DNA of 64,000 nucleotides from Nitrospirota bacterium (GTDB lineage Bacteria; Nitrospirota; UBA9217). The DNA lies in contig CAVVUN010000015.1 of the NCBI GenBank assembly GCA_963751455.1, positions 224,001 through 288,000 of the forward strand, written 5' to 3'. This document shows, in pieces, positions 52,560 to 62,101 of this stretch. Positions within the stretch are counted from its first letter, which is position 1. Each line of letters starts with the position of its first letter. The notes below the pieces were generated by a model. That model had not been told where the DNA came from, did not search any database, and saw nothing but the letters and a program-made list of their open reading frames with translations. A program made the position numbers and the translations under genes.

Positions 52560-52763
52560 TGAGTAATGGGTCACTTCTTTGCCCTTTAAATGGGCGACCC
52601 CATTCGATTTTCCTAACCCTCCTTGGGCTTATAGTTCCGGTAACATGAATTATGAGTCAACGATAAATTCTAGAATTCAGTTGGGTAACATTTAATTTGA
52701 GTCAATTCGGCTTTCTGTTAGAAGTAGCAAAAAATAAGTTTTTACTGTAGAATATTATATGAC

Positions 52764-53006
52764 ATGAGCGATTATGCCTTTACTGACTATTTTGAAAAAG
52801 AGGTTTTGAGAAAGCGTCCGTATCTTAAGAAAGAATGGTGCATACGAGTAATTCAAAATCCATTAAAAGTCGAGCCCCAAGAGCATAATCGGTTCCGCTT
52901 ATGGGGCATGATTGATGAACTTGACGGTCGTATTTTACGAGTGGTGACATTGGCAGACAAAAGAACCATTCATAATGCCTTTCCAGATCGGGGGTATAAG
53001 CCATGA
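52764..53006 (+). CDS. Putative TA toxin (DUF4258/RelE-like)
   Basis: 80 aa, LRVVTLADKRTIHNAFPDR; coupled to a DUF2283 gene by ATGA overlap. Confidence 0.75.
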   Translation: MSDYAFTDYFEKEVLRKRPYLKKEWCIRVIQNPLKVEPQEHNRFRLWGMIDELDGRILRVVTLADKRTIHNAFPDRGYKP

Positions 53007-53221
53007 AACTGAATTACTACCCTGAGACCGATTCCCTTTATATCGATCTCTCGGAAAAAACAAGTGTAGAAAGTAAAGAGATTTCTGAAGGCGTCGTCCT
53101 TGACTATGACGAAGCCGGTAATTTGGTCGGAATAGATATTGATAATGCCAGCTTAAAAGTACAACTTAAAGAATTGATTCTCAATCGACTCCCCTCGGAC
53201 GTGCATACCGTTACAGCCTGA
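53003..53221 (+). CDS. DUF2283 protein, putative antitoxin
   Basis: YYPETDSLYIDL..EISEGVVLDYD..GNLVGIDI. Confidence 0.85.
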   Translation: MKLNYYPETDSLYIDLSEKTSVESKEISEGVVLDYDEAGNLVGIDIDNASLKVQLKELILNRLPSDVHTVTA

Positions 53222-53266
53222 AAGTATTTCAACATTTTCAGTTTCATGCAGTATCTCAACGAATGA

Positions 53267-53326
53267 TTCCAACCTGCGCGTACACAGCGACGCGCCAGAC
53301 GCCGGCGCGTGACGCACGCGATATGC
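53267..53326 (+). other. attC-like site (right core GAT instead of GTT)
   Basis: TTCCAAC ... GCGT-A-CAC / GTG-ACGC ... GATATGC; inner stem CGCGCC/GGCGCG. Confidence 0.65.
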
Positions 53327-53386
53327 CGCCGCTTCGCGGCGTCATATTGGGGCGGATGCGCCTGATCCTGATATGCCGCTCGCGCG

Positions 53387-53448
53387 GCATATCAAAGCGA
53401 ATCGAAGCCGTCGCCCCTGCGGGCTGCGGCTCATTCGGCCCATTCGCC
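53387..53448 (+). other. attC-like site (cores ATC / ATT)
   Basis: GCATATC ... CGAAT-C-GA / TC-ATTCG ... ATTCGCC; ATG follows ~20 bp after the right core. Confidence 0.6.
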
Positions 53449-53462
53449 GTCATGAGGTTTCA

Positions 53463-53885
53463 ATGAATAGATTACTTAATGGTACCATTATTGTCCTAGC
53501 GATATTTACATTGAGCGGCTGTTTTTATACTTTTAAACGAGATGTGTCTTTCGATGAGGTTAAGAAGGGAATGAGCACAATTAATTATTCAGATGGAATA
53601 AGTGATCTCGAAGCTAAATATATTTCTCAGCATTATCTACTGACTTCAAATGAAGAGCCGTGCAAGTCTTTAGCGAAAGTTTATGATATTGGAACGCAAT
53701 ATCGAAAACTAGTTAAGGATGTAAATGGGGCAGAACATTTTTATATGGGTTTTTTGAAATATGGTTGGTTTGTTGTTAAACCAAATGCGCCTTGGTTGCG
53801 CTTATTGGTCGATGCAAAAACAGGGAAAGTCACTTGCATTGGAGAAATACATCTGCAGGACGAACAGAACTATACAATCCGCTAA
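53463..53885 (+). CDS. Hypothetical lipoprotein, AT-rich cassette-like gene
   Basis: Lipobox LSGC; GAGG RBS; low GC. Confidence 0.75.
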   Translation: MNRLLNGTIIVLAIFTLSGCFYTFKRDVSFDEVKKGMSTINYSDGISDLEAKYISQHYLLTSNEEPCKSLAKVYDIGTQYRKLVKDVNGAEHFYMGFLKYGWFVVKPNAPWLRLLVDAKTGKVTCIGEIHLQDEQNYTIR

Positions 53886-53943
53886 TACGAACCATTCAGC
53901 TCGTTGCGCCAAGATAAATCCGAAACAATGGGAATAGGAGCGT

Positions 53944-54095
53944 TATAAAACATTAAAGAAAATGGTATTGAGTTTTTCTCTGAGCCAATAACAATGAAAG
54001 AACTAGCTAGTGTTGCTGGATTCCAATTTGTTTATTTTAAGGATCCGGAGGGAAATATAATCGAATTGAATGAATTACCGGAAAATGAAATATGA
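53944..54095 (+). pseudogene. VOC/glyoxalase family gene, C-terminal fragment
   Basis: KENGIEFFSEP...FVYFKDPEGNIIEL*; no start. Confidence 0.75.
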
Positions 54096-54107
54096 GCATA
54101 TTATCAA

Positions 54108-54194
54108 ACAGAAAAGACGGTGATTTCTCACCGCGTTGTTTTTATTGATGCCAGTTTTAATTCCGTGGTTCTATGCTTTTTCCGAAGCAGCCTG
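54108..54194 (-). repeat. Orphan third copy of the gene A 3' end (QAASEKA*) and terminator
   Basis: CGGTGATTTCTCACCG hairpin and CTATGCTTTTTCCGAAGCAGCCTG match 51325-51410 and 61748-61817. Confidence 0.88.
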
Positions 54195-54556
54195 TCTACA
54201 AACACTTGGACGCGGTATGGAGCCGAAGATTTTCTGTTCCGCCAGAAGGCGAAAGAATCAGCAGATAACGCTTCACGCATGATATTTAAGTCCGGAACGA
54301 AATTGATCCCGCCCGATTCAAGAAAGCTGCATCGAAATGATTGAAACTGCAACAAATAGCTGAAACGCTCTCACGATAAGCTTTTCGTTTCCGCAAATAG
54401 CCTTTTTCTGACGTTTCTCACTAATAAATCTGGACAAAAACAAATTCTTATTGTAAAATTTTATTTAAATACTAAAGTACTCAAATTTATTAATGAATAG
54501 GTTTTTTTACAAAATATCACTATATTTTTAGGCATTTATGCAAATAGGAAAATGAT

Positions 54557-55498
54557 ATGCATCTTAAAACCATTATGCCCGCGCTGCTCTTTGTGCTTTT
54601 CGGGCCGGTCCCATCTCATGCCGCTTTAGCGGCAAAGGTGGAGATGCAGTCTCTTCAGATAGTCCCCGTCGAAACCGCAGCCGGAAAACACCCTGAAATT
54701 GTAGGAACTATTAAAGCAAGCAGTGTAAAAGCAGCAGGTGAAACTACGGAAGTAAACGTCATTGCCTCCCTGGTCCGACCGGACCACTCCGTAAAATCCT
54801 GGACGTGGAAAAAAATATCGATCAAGGCCGGTGATTCCAAGAGTTTTTCCGTTCCGAAGGAATACGATGCAAAAATGGAAGGGGTCTATAAAGTCGATTT
54901 CGGAGTCTATTCGAAAGACATGCGGCCTCTGCACAGGCTATCAAAGAGTTTTACCGTGGTTGATCCATCACAGCCTCGTGCCAAGACGAAATCCCCCCAG
55001 ATCATGACACGAAGTACCGGCACCAGTTCCGCGAAAGCTCCCGGTCTACGCGCATATGACCACCGTATCGGTGTCGGCCTCTCTGCGAACCTTGTTAATA
55101 CCGCTGGAGGAGCTACGCTGCTTTTCCGGCCGTTCAAGCATGTGGGGCTGCAGACCAGTTACACAACGGGGAGGTTCAGTACCGCTGAAGGCCGGCTGCT
55201 GGCATGGTTTCCGCTTTCCGCAAGGTTCACTCCGTATCTGGGCATCGGGTATGCGAGTGTTACAACGGAGCGGACGGTGGACGTCATCGGTGTCAAGGCC
55301 GAGTTCACCGATAGCGGCGTGAGCGGCGTTATTGGCGCCGAAATTCCCCTGAGCAAGACCGTGTCGGGCTATGTCGAAGTAAGCGGCGCAGGCATTGATC
55401 TGAAAAAAGAGGTAACCAGTGGAGCACAGACAGGGATCGCCACTGTGGAGTATTCTCCTGTTACCGTGGGGTTTAGTATCGTCTATTTCTTATTTTGA
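54557..55498 (+). CDS. Exported protein: N-terminal Ig-like domain and C-terminal ~8-stranded outer-membrane beta-barrel
   Basis: Signal peptide; alternating beta strands, TPYLGIGY, GVIGAEIPL, terminal VYFLF. Confidence 0.75.
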   Translation: MHLKTIMPALLFVLFGPVPSHAALAAKVEMQSLQIVPVETAAGKHPEIVGTIKASSVKAAGETTEVNVIASLVRPDHSVKSWTWKKISIKAGDSKSFSVPKEYDAKMEGVYKVDFGVYSKDMRPLHRLSKSFTVVDPSQPRAKTKSPQIMTRSTGTSSAKAPGLRAYDHRIGVGLSANLVNTAGGATLLFRPFKHVGLQTSYTTGRFSTAEGRLLAWFPLSARFTPYLGIGYASVTTERTVDVIGVKAEFTDSGVSGVIGAEIPLSKTVSGYVEVSGAGIDLKKEVTSGAQTGIATVEYSPVTVGFSIVYFLF

Positions 55499-55552
55499 CC
55501 CGATGCATTTGCGTGATCTTCCGGACGGTAACGAATAAGCGGAGGTTGCCCC

Positions 55553-58500
55553 ATGAAAAATTGCAATATTCGATTGGTCGGCTTACTCTGTGGAGCACTG
55601 TTCCTGAGTCTTGCGTTCGGCTGTAAGGGTGGAGGCAACGCAAGCTTCACTCTGTTCGGAGGTTCGAGATATGTCGTCTCGATCGAGGTAACGCCGACCA
55701 ATCCCAGCATCGCCCCCGGCACAACCAGGCAGTTCACAGCCACCGCTGTCTATTCTGATAATACGACGCAGGACCTGACCGCATCCGCTGCCTGGAGCTC
55801 ATCGAATACGGCAGTTGCCACCGTCAGCAATACGGCCGGTTCCAATGGACTTGCCGCCTCGGTCGCTGCCGGTTCGACCACGATCACGGCGACGCTTGCC
55901 GGTGTATCAGGCGGTACGGACCTCACGGTGACCGCTGCAACGCTCGTCTCGATAGAAGTAACTCCGATCAATCCGAGCATCGCCCTTAACACGACCAGAC
56001 AGTTTACTGCCACAGGGATCTATTCCGACAATACGGCCCAGGACGTTACCGGGTCCGTTACCTGGAGTTCATCTAATACCGCAGTTGCCGCCATAAGCAG
56101 CACTGCCGGCACCGCCGCCTCGGTCGCTGCCGGTTCGACCACGATCACGGCGACGGCAGGTGCAATTTCGGGCAGCACCACGCTTACCGTGACCGCGGCA
56201 ACGCTTGTCTCGATCGAAGTATCGCCGACCAATCCGAGCATTGCCATCGGTATGAACAGACAGTTTACTGCCATGGGAATCTACTCGGACAGCACAAGCC
56301 TGGACCTGACCGCGTCCGTTACGTGGAGTTCATCGAATACCGCAGTTGCCGCGGTAAGCAATATCGCAGGCTCCAACGGACTCGCCACCCCGGTCGCTGC
56401 CGGCTCGACCACGGTCACGGCGACGACAGGTGCAATCTCCGGCAGCGCCACTCTGACCGTGACTGCGGCAACGCTCGTCTCGATCCAGGTCTCGCCGACC
56501 ACTCCGAGCATCGCCCTCAACACAACCAGACAGTTTACTGCAATGGGGATCTATTCCGACAGCACGAGTCAGGATCTGACCGGATCCGTTACCTGGAGTT
56601 CATCGACTACCGCAATTGCCGCAGTCAGCAACGCGCCGGGTTCCAACGGTCTGGCCACCTCTGTCGCTGCCGGCTCGACCACGATCACCGCGAGACTCGC
56701 CGGTGTATTAGGCGGCACGGACCTCACGGTGACCACGGCAACGCTCGTCTCGATCGAAGTAGCGCCGACCAATCCGGGCATTGCGCGTGCCACAAACAGA
56801 CAGTTCACTGCCACGGGGATCTATTCCGACAGCACGACCCAGGACCTGACCGCGTCCGTTACGTGGAGTTCATCGAATACGGCAATTGCCGCGGTCAGTA
56901 ACGCGCCCGGTTCCAATGGGCTGGCTGCTGCGGTCGGAGCCGGCTCGACCACGGTCACGGCGACGGCAGGCGCAATCTCGGAAAGCACCGCGCTGACAGT
57001 GACTGCGGCAACCCTGGTCTCGATCCAGGTTTCGCCGACTAATCCGAGCATCGCCCTCAATACGACCGGTCAGTTTACTGCAACAGGGATCTATTCCGAC
57101 AGCACGACCCAGGACCTGACCGCGTCCGTTACGTGGAGTTCATCGAATACGGCAATTGCCGCGGTCAGTAACGCGCCCGGTTCCAATGGGCTGGCTGCGG
57201 CGGTCGGAGCCGGCTCGACCACGGTCACGGCGACGACAGGTGCAATCTCCGGCAGCGCCACTCTGACCGTGACCGCGGCAACGCTCGTCTCGATCCAGGT
57301 AACGCCTACGAATCCGAGCATCGCCCCCGGCACGACCAGTCAGTTTACTGCCATGGGGATCTATTCCGACAGCACGAGCCAGGACCTGACCGCGTCCGTT
57401 ATCTGGAACTCATCGGCTGCCGGAGTTGCCGCAATAAGCAATACCGCAGGCTCCAACGGACTCGCCACCCCGGTCGCTGCCGGTTCAACCACGATCACGG
57501 CGACGTCAGGGTCGATCTCCAACAGCGCCACGCTGACCGTGACCGCGGCAACGCTCGTCTCGATCCAGGTAACGCCTACGAATCCGGGCATCGCCCCCGG
57601 CACGACCAGTCAGTTTATTGCCATGGGGATCTATTCCGACAGCACGAGCCAGGACTTGACCGGGTCCGTCACGTGGAGCTCATCGAATACAGCAGTTGCC
57701 ACGATAAGCCGAAGTGGCGGAACCGCAACCTCGGTAGCCGCCGGCTTGACCACGATCACGGCAACGTCAGGGTCGGTCTCCAACAGCGCCACGCTCGCAG
57801 TGACTGCGGCAACGCTCGTCTCGATTGAAGTAACTCCGACCAATCCGAGCATTGCTCTCAATACGACCAGGCAGTTTACCGCAACAGGGATCTATTCCGA
57901 CAGCACGAGCCAGGACCTGACTGCGTCCGTAACCTGGAGCTCATCCAATGCCGTAATTGCCGCGGTCAGTAACGTGCCGGGTTCCAACGGTCTCGCTACT
58001 GCGGCCGGAGCAGGTTCGAGCACAATCACGGCAACGTCAGGGTCGATATCCAACAGCACAACGCTGACAGTAACTGCAGCGACGCTCGTCTCGATCCAGG
58101 TAACACCTACGAATCCGAGCATTGCCCCGGGCACGACCAGGCAGTTTACTGCAACGGGGATCTATTCCGACAGCACGAGCCAGGACCTGACCGCGTCCGT
58201 TACGTGGAGCTCATCGAATACTGGGGTTGCCACGGTCAGCAATACTGCCGGCACCAACGGACTGGCCACCGCGGTCGCTGCCGGTTCGGCCATGATCACG
58301 GCAACGTCAGGGTCGAGCTCCAACAGCACCACGCTCACGGTGAGCGCAGCAACGCTCGTCTCGATTGAAGTAACTCCGACCAATCCGAGCATTGCTCCCG
58401 GCACGACCAGGCAGTTTACCGCAACAGGGATCTATTCCGACAGTACGAGCCAGGACCTGACCGCGTCCGTTACGTGGAGTTCTTCGAATACCGCGGTTGC

Positions 58501-61500
58501 CACGGTAAGCAATACTGCCGGTGCCAATGGACTGGCTACCTCGGGCGGAGCCGGTTCGACAACTATCACGGCGACGTCAGGGTCGATCTCCAACAGCACC
58601 ACGCTCACGGTGACCGCGGCAACGCTCGTCTCGATTGAAGTAACTCCGACCAATCCGAGCATTGCTCTCGGTACGACCAGGCAGTTTACCGCAACGGGGA
58701 TCTATTCCGACAGTACGAGCCAGGATCTGACCGCGTCCGTTACGTGGAACTCATCGAATACGGGGGTTGCCACGGTCAGCAACACTGCCGGCAGCAACGG
58801 ATTCGCCACCTCGGTCGCTGCCGGTTCGGCCATGATCACGGCAACGTCAGGGTCGATCTCCAACAGCACCACGCTCACGGTGAGTGCGGCAACGCTGGTT
58901 TCGATCCAGGTAACGCCTACCAATCCGAGCATTGCTCTCGGTACGACCCGGCAGTTTACTGCAATGGGGATCTATTCCGACAGTACGAGCCAGGACCTGA
59001 CCGCGTTCGTTACGTGGAGTTCTTCGAATACCGCAGTTGCCACGGTCAGCAATACTGCAGGTGCCAATGGGCTGGCCGCCTCGGTCGCAGCCGGTTCGAC
59101 AACTATCACGGCGACGTCAGGGTCGATCTCCAACAGCACCACTTTGACGGTGACGGCAGCGACGCTCCTTTCAATTGAAGTAACGCCTACCGATCCGAGC
59201 ATCGCCCTTGCCATGACCAGGCAGTTTACTGCAACAGGAATTTATTCCGACAGCACGAGCCAGGACCTGACCGCGTTCGTTACGTGGAGTTCTTCGAATA
59301 CCGCAGTTGCCACGGTCAGCAATACTGCCGGCTCCAATGGACTGGCCACCTCGGTCGGAGCCGGTTCCACAACGATCACGGCAACGTCAGGAATAATCTC
59401 GAACAGTACCACCCTAACAGTGACCTCGGTAACGCTGATCTCGATACAGGTCTCGCCGACCAATCCGAGCATCGCGACCGGAACAACCAGGCAGTTTACT
59501 GCAACAGGAATTTATTCCGACAGCACGAGCCGGGACCTGACCGCGTCCGTTGCCTGGAGCTCATCGAATCCCGCAGTTGCGACCGTAAGCAGCACCGGCG
59601 CAGCCACCTCGGTCGCTGCCGGTTCGGCCACGATCACGGCGACATCAGGAATAGTCTCGGACAGCACCACTCTTACAGTGACTGGGGCAACGCTTGTCTC
59701 GATCCAGGTCTCACCGACCAATCCCAGCATCGCGACCGGAACAACCAGACAGTTTACTGCAACGGGGATCTATTCCGACAGCACGAGCCAGGACCTGACC
59801 ACGTCCGTTGCCTGGAGCTCATCGAATACGGGAGTTGCCACCGTAAGCAGCACCGGCGCCGCCACACCGGTCGCTGCCGGATCGGCCACGATCACGGCGA
59901 CATCAGGAATAGTCTCGGACAGCACCACACTGACGGTGTCCGCGGCAACGCTCGTTTCGATCCAGGTAACGCCCACCAATTCGAGCATTGCCCTCGGCAC
60001 GACCAGGCAGTTTACTGCAACGGGGATCTATTCCGACAGCACGAGCCAGGACCTGACCGCGTCGGTTGTCTGGAGCTCTTCGAATACCGCAGTTGCCACC
60101 ATAAGCAGCACGGGCAGCGCCACCCCGGTTGCAGCCGGCTCGATCACGATTACGGCGGCATCGGGAATAGTCTGGGGCAGCACCACCCTGACGGTGACCG
60201 CCGGAACGCTCGACTCGATCGAGGTAACGCCGACCAGTCCCAGCATCGCGCTCGGCTCAACCAGTCAGTTCACCGCGACCGGCATCTATTCCGACAGCAC
60301 GACACAGGACCTGACTGCGTCGGTCGTCTGGAGCTCTTCGAATCCCGGAGTTGCTGCGGTAAGTAATACTGCCGGCTCCAATGGAATTGCCACCCCGGTC
60401 GCTGCCGGTTCGACCGTGATTGCGGCGACTTCGGGAACGGTTTCCAATAGCACCACGCTGACAGTGACCACGGCAACGCTGGTGTCGATCGAAGTCATAC
60501 CGACTGATCCTGCTGTCCCGATTGACATAGCCCTGCAGTTCTCGGCGAACGGCGTCTACTCGGACGGCTCTGTTCAGGATCTGACGCCGCTGCTCACCTG
60601 GACTTCATCGAACACGGGGGTTGCCACGATCAGCAATGCGGCGGGCTCCAACGGCTTCGCCATACCCGTTGCGCCGGGTACGACGACTATTACGGCATGG
60701 TTCGAAGGCGTGTCAGGATCATCAATGCTCACTGTGACTGCGGCGACACTGACATCAATCAGCATATCACCAGCTGCGGCCCAGATCGCTATTGGAACGA
60801 CTGAGCAGTTCACTGCGACCGGAACGTTCAGCGACGGCACGACCCAGGACATCACCGCGTCGGTTGTATGGACCTCATCGGATAGCGCAGTTGCGACTAT
60901 AAGCAATACTGCCGGGTCCAATGGACTTGCGAACTCGGTCACTACCGGCTCGGCCACGATCACTGCCGCACTGGGGGCGGTTACGAACACCACGACGCTC
61001 ACCGTGACGACTGCAACTCTCACGTCTATCACTATTACACCCGGCAATGCAACAATCGCAGCCGGTGCGCCTGTGCAGTACGCTGCAACAGGCAGTTTCT
61101 CCGACGGGTCCAGCCAGGACCTTACCACACAGGTGACCTGGAAATCCGCGAACAAGTCCATCGCGACCGTCAGCAATGCGTCCGGATCCAGGGGACTCGT
61201 AACGCCTGTAAACGGAGGCACGACCACGATCAGCGCCACGCATGCCGCGACCAGCGTAACAGGATCGACTACGGTTACCGTATCATCGGCTACGCTGACG
61301 AGCATCGTCGTAACGCCAGCGGATACGACCCTGAGGGCAGGGAGGACCCAGCAGTTCACCGCAACAGGGAACTATTCAGACGGATCGACCCAGGACCTGA
61401 CCAAGTCCACGAGCTTGACCTGGTCCTCATCGAACACGGCCTTTGCGACGATCATCAATAAGCCGCCAAAGAACAAGGGACTGGCCACAGGTGTGAGCGC

Positions 61501-61570
61501 GGGCATCGTCACCATTACGGCCCAGATGAAAGGTTCTCTCAGCGGCAGTACAACGCTCACGGTATATTGA
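55553..61570 (+). CDS. Giant lipoprotein with 22 tandem Big_2 (Lig-like) Ig domains, probable surface adhesin
   Basis: Lipobox AFGC; 22 units SIxVxP..QFTAxGxYSD..DLT..VTWSSS; DNA period 270/261/258 bp. Confidence 0.92.
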   Translation: MKNCNIRLVGLLCGALFLSLAFGCKGGGNASFTLFGGSRYVVSIEVTPTNPSIAPGTTRQFTATAVYSDNTTQDLTASAAWSSSNTAVATVSNTAGSNGLAASVAAGSTTITATLAGVSGGTDLTVTAATLVSIEVTPINPSIALNTTRQFTATGIYSDNTAQDVTGSVTWSSSNTAVAAISSTAGTAASVAAGSTTITATAGAISGSTTLTVTAATLVSIEVSPTNPSIAIGMNRQFTAMGIYSDSTSLDLTASVTWSSSNTAVAAVSNIAGSNGLATPVAAGSTTVTATTGAISGSATLTVTAATLVSIQVSPTTPSIALNTTRQFTAMGIYSDSTSQDLTGSVTWSSSTTAIAAVSNAPGSNGLATSVAAGSTTITARLAGVLGGTDLTVTTATLVSIEVAPTNPGIARATNRQFTATGIYSDSTTQDLTASVTWSSSNTAIAAVSNAPGSNGLAAAVGAGSTTVTATAGAISESTALTVTAATLVSIQVSPTNPSIALNTTGQFTATGIYSDSTTQDLTASVTWSSSNTAIAAVSNAPGSNGLAAAVGAGSTTVTATTGAISGSATLTVTAATLVSIQVTPTNPSIAPGTTSQFTAMGIYSDSTSQDLTASVIWNSSAAGVAAISNTAGSNGLATPVAAGSTTITATSGSISNSATLTVTAATLVSIQVTPTNPGIAPGTTSQFIAMGIYSDSTSQDLTGSVTWSSSNTAVATISRSGGTATSVAAGLTTITATSGSVSNSATLAVTAATLVSIEVTPTNPSIALNTTRQFTATGIYSDSTSQDLTASVTWSSSNAVIAAVSNVPGSNGLATAAGAGSSTITATSGSISNSTTLTVTAATLVSIQVTPTNPSIAPGTTRQFTATGIYSDSTSQDLTASVTWSSSNTGVATVSNTAGTNGLATAVAAGSAMITATSGSSSNSTTLTVSAATLVSIEVTPTNPSIAPGTTRQFTATGIYSDSTSQDLTASVTWSSSNTAVATVSNTAGANGLATSGGAGSTTITATSGSISNSTTLTVTAATLVSIEVTPTNPSIALGTTRQFTATGIYSDSTSQDLTASVTWNSSNTGVATVSNTAGSNGFATSVAAGSAMITATSGSISNSTTLTVSAATLVSIQVTPTNPSIALGTTRQFTAMGIYSDSTSQDLTAFVTWSSSNTAVATVSNTAGANGLAASVAAGSTTITATSGSISNSTTLTVTAATLLSIEVTPTDPSIALAMTRQFTATGIYSDSTSQDLTAFVTWSSSNTAVATVSNTAGSNGLATSVGAGSTTITATSGIISNSTTLTVTSVTLISIQVSPTNPSIATGTTRQFTATGIYSDSTSRDLTASVAWSSSNPAVATVSSTGAATSVAAGSATITATSGIVSDSTTLTVTGATLVSIQVSPTNPSIATGTTRQFTATGIYSDSTSQDLTTSVAWSSSNTGVATVSSTGAATPVAAGSATITATSGIVSDSTTLTVSAATLVSIQVTPTNSSIALGTTRQFTATGIYSDSTSQDLTASVVWSSSNTAVATISSTGSATPVAAGSITITAASGIVWGSTTLTVTAGTLDSIEVTPTSPSIALGSTSQFTATGIYSDSTTQDLTASVVWSSSNPGVAAVSNTAGSNGIATPVAAGSTVIAATSGTVSNSTTLTVTTATLVSIEVIPTDPAVPIDIALQFSANGVYSDGSVQDLTPLLTWTSSNTGVATISNAAGSNGFAIPVAPGTTTITAWFEGVSGSSMLTVTAATLTSISISPAAAQIAIGTTEQFTATGTFSDGTTQDITASVVWTSSDSAVATISNTAGSNGLANSVTTGSATITAALGAVTNTTTLTVTTATLTSITITPGNATIAAGAPVQYAATGSFSDGSSQDLTTQVTWKSANKSIATVSNASGSRGLVTPVNGGTTTISATHAATSVTGSTTVTVSSATLTSIVVTPADTTLRAGRTQQFTATGNYSDGSTQDLTKSTSLTWSSSNTAFATIINKPPKNKGLATGVSAGIVTITAQMKGSLSGSTTLTVY

Positions 61571-61792
61571 TGACGCGAATGCCGCTGTTCGTAGAGCTCG
61601 GATGAGGCAATCTTTTCTACCAGCATACAAAGCAGCTTTAGAGAAAAAAGACTTTGTCGTTCAAGTTTTGAGCTCAGGATCAGACCTATACTCTGGTTCG
61701 CTTACCTCTGTTGGTAAAAGCGTTGTCACATTTTTTAGCCAACAGAAAAGGCGGTGATTTCTCACCGCCTTGTACGAGCTTTAATTCCGATC

Positions 61793-62101
61793 CTACGCTT
61801 TTTCCGAAGCAGTCTGCCGGATTGCTGTTGGCGCTGATACCACATAACCCAGTACTGTTCCAACCAGCCCGCCGACCACCAGGCTCACCGCTGCTGCAGC
61901 TGCGATGCCGACCATAATCCCGATGACCACTGCTGCCCGCACGAAGAGCGTCGGTTCCACCGCGCCCATCAGCTTTTGCAGAAGGATCAAAGTCCCGAAC
62001 GATCCGAAGTAGAACCCCGGCACGATCCCGAATACTGCGAACACCAGCCCGCCTGCTGTAGCCCCGATCCTCATTCCTGTTTTAATGGTCTCGTTCTTCA
62101 T
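61793..62101 (-). CDS. Small Gly-rich membrane protein A (copy 2)
   Basis: Near-identical to 51386-51694. Confidence 0.85.
   Translation of the reverse strand: MKNETIKTGMRIGATAGGLVFAVFGIVPGFYFGSFGTLILLQKLMGAVEPTLFVRAAVVIGIMVGIAAAAAVSLVVGGLVGTVLGYVVSAPTAIRQTASEKA

Noticed and set aside
53858-53910. attC after the lipoprotein gene
   Set aside because: AAC and GTT cores are present but the arms do not pair convincingly
55750-61626. Series of ~80 aa minus-strand ORFs and alternative-frame ORFs over the adhesin
   Set aside because: Shadows of the 270 bp coding repeat; no RBS or independent features
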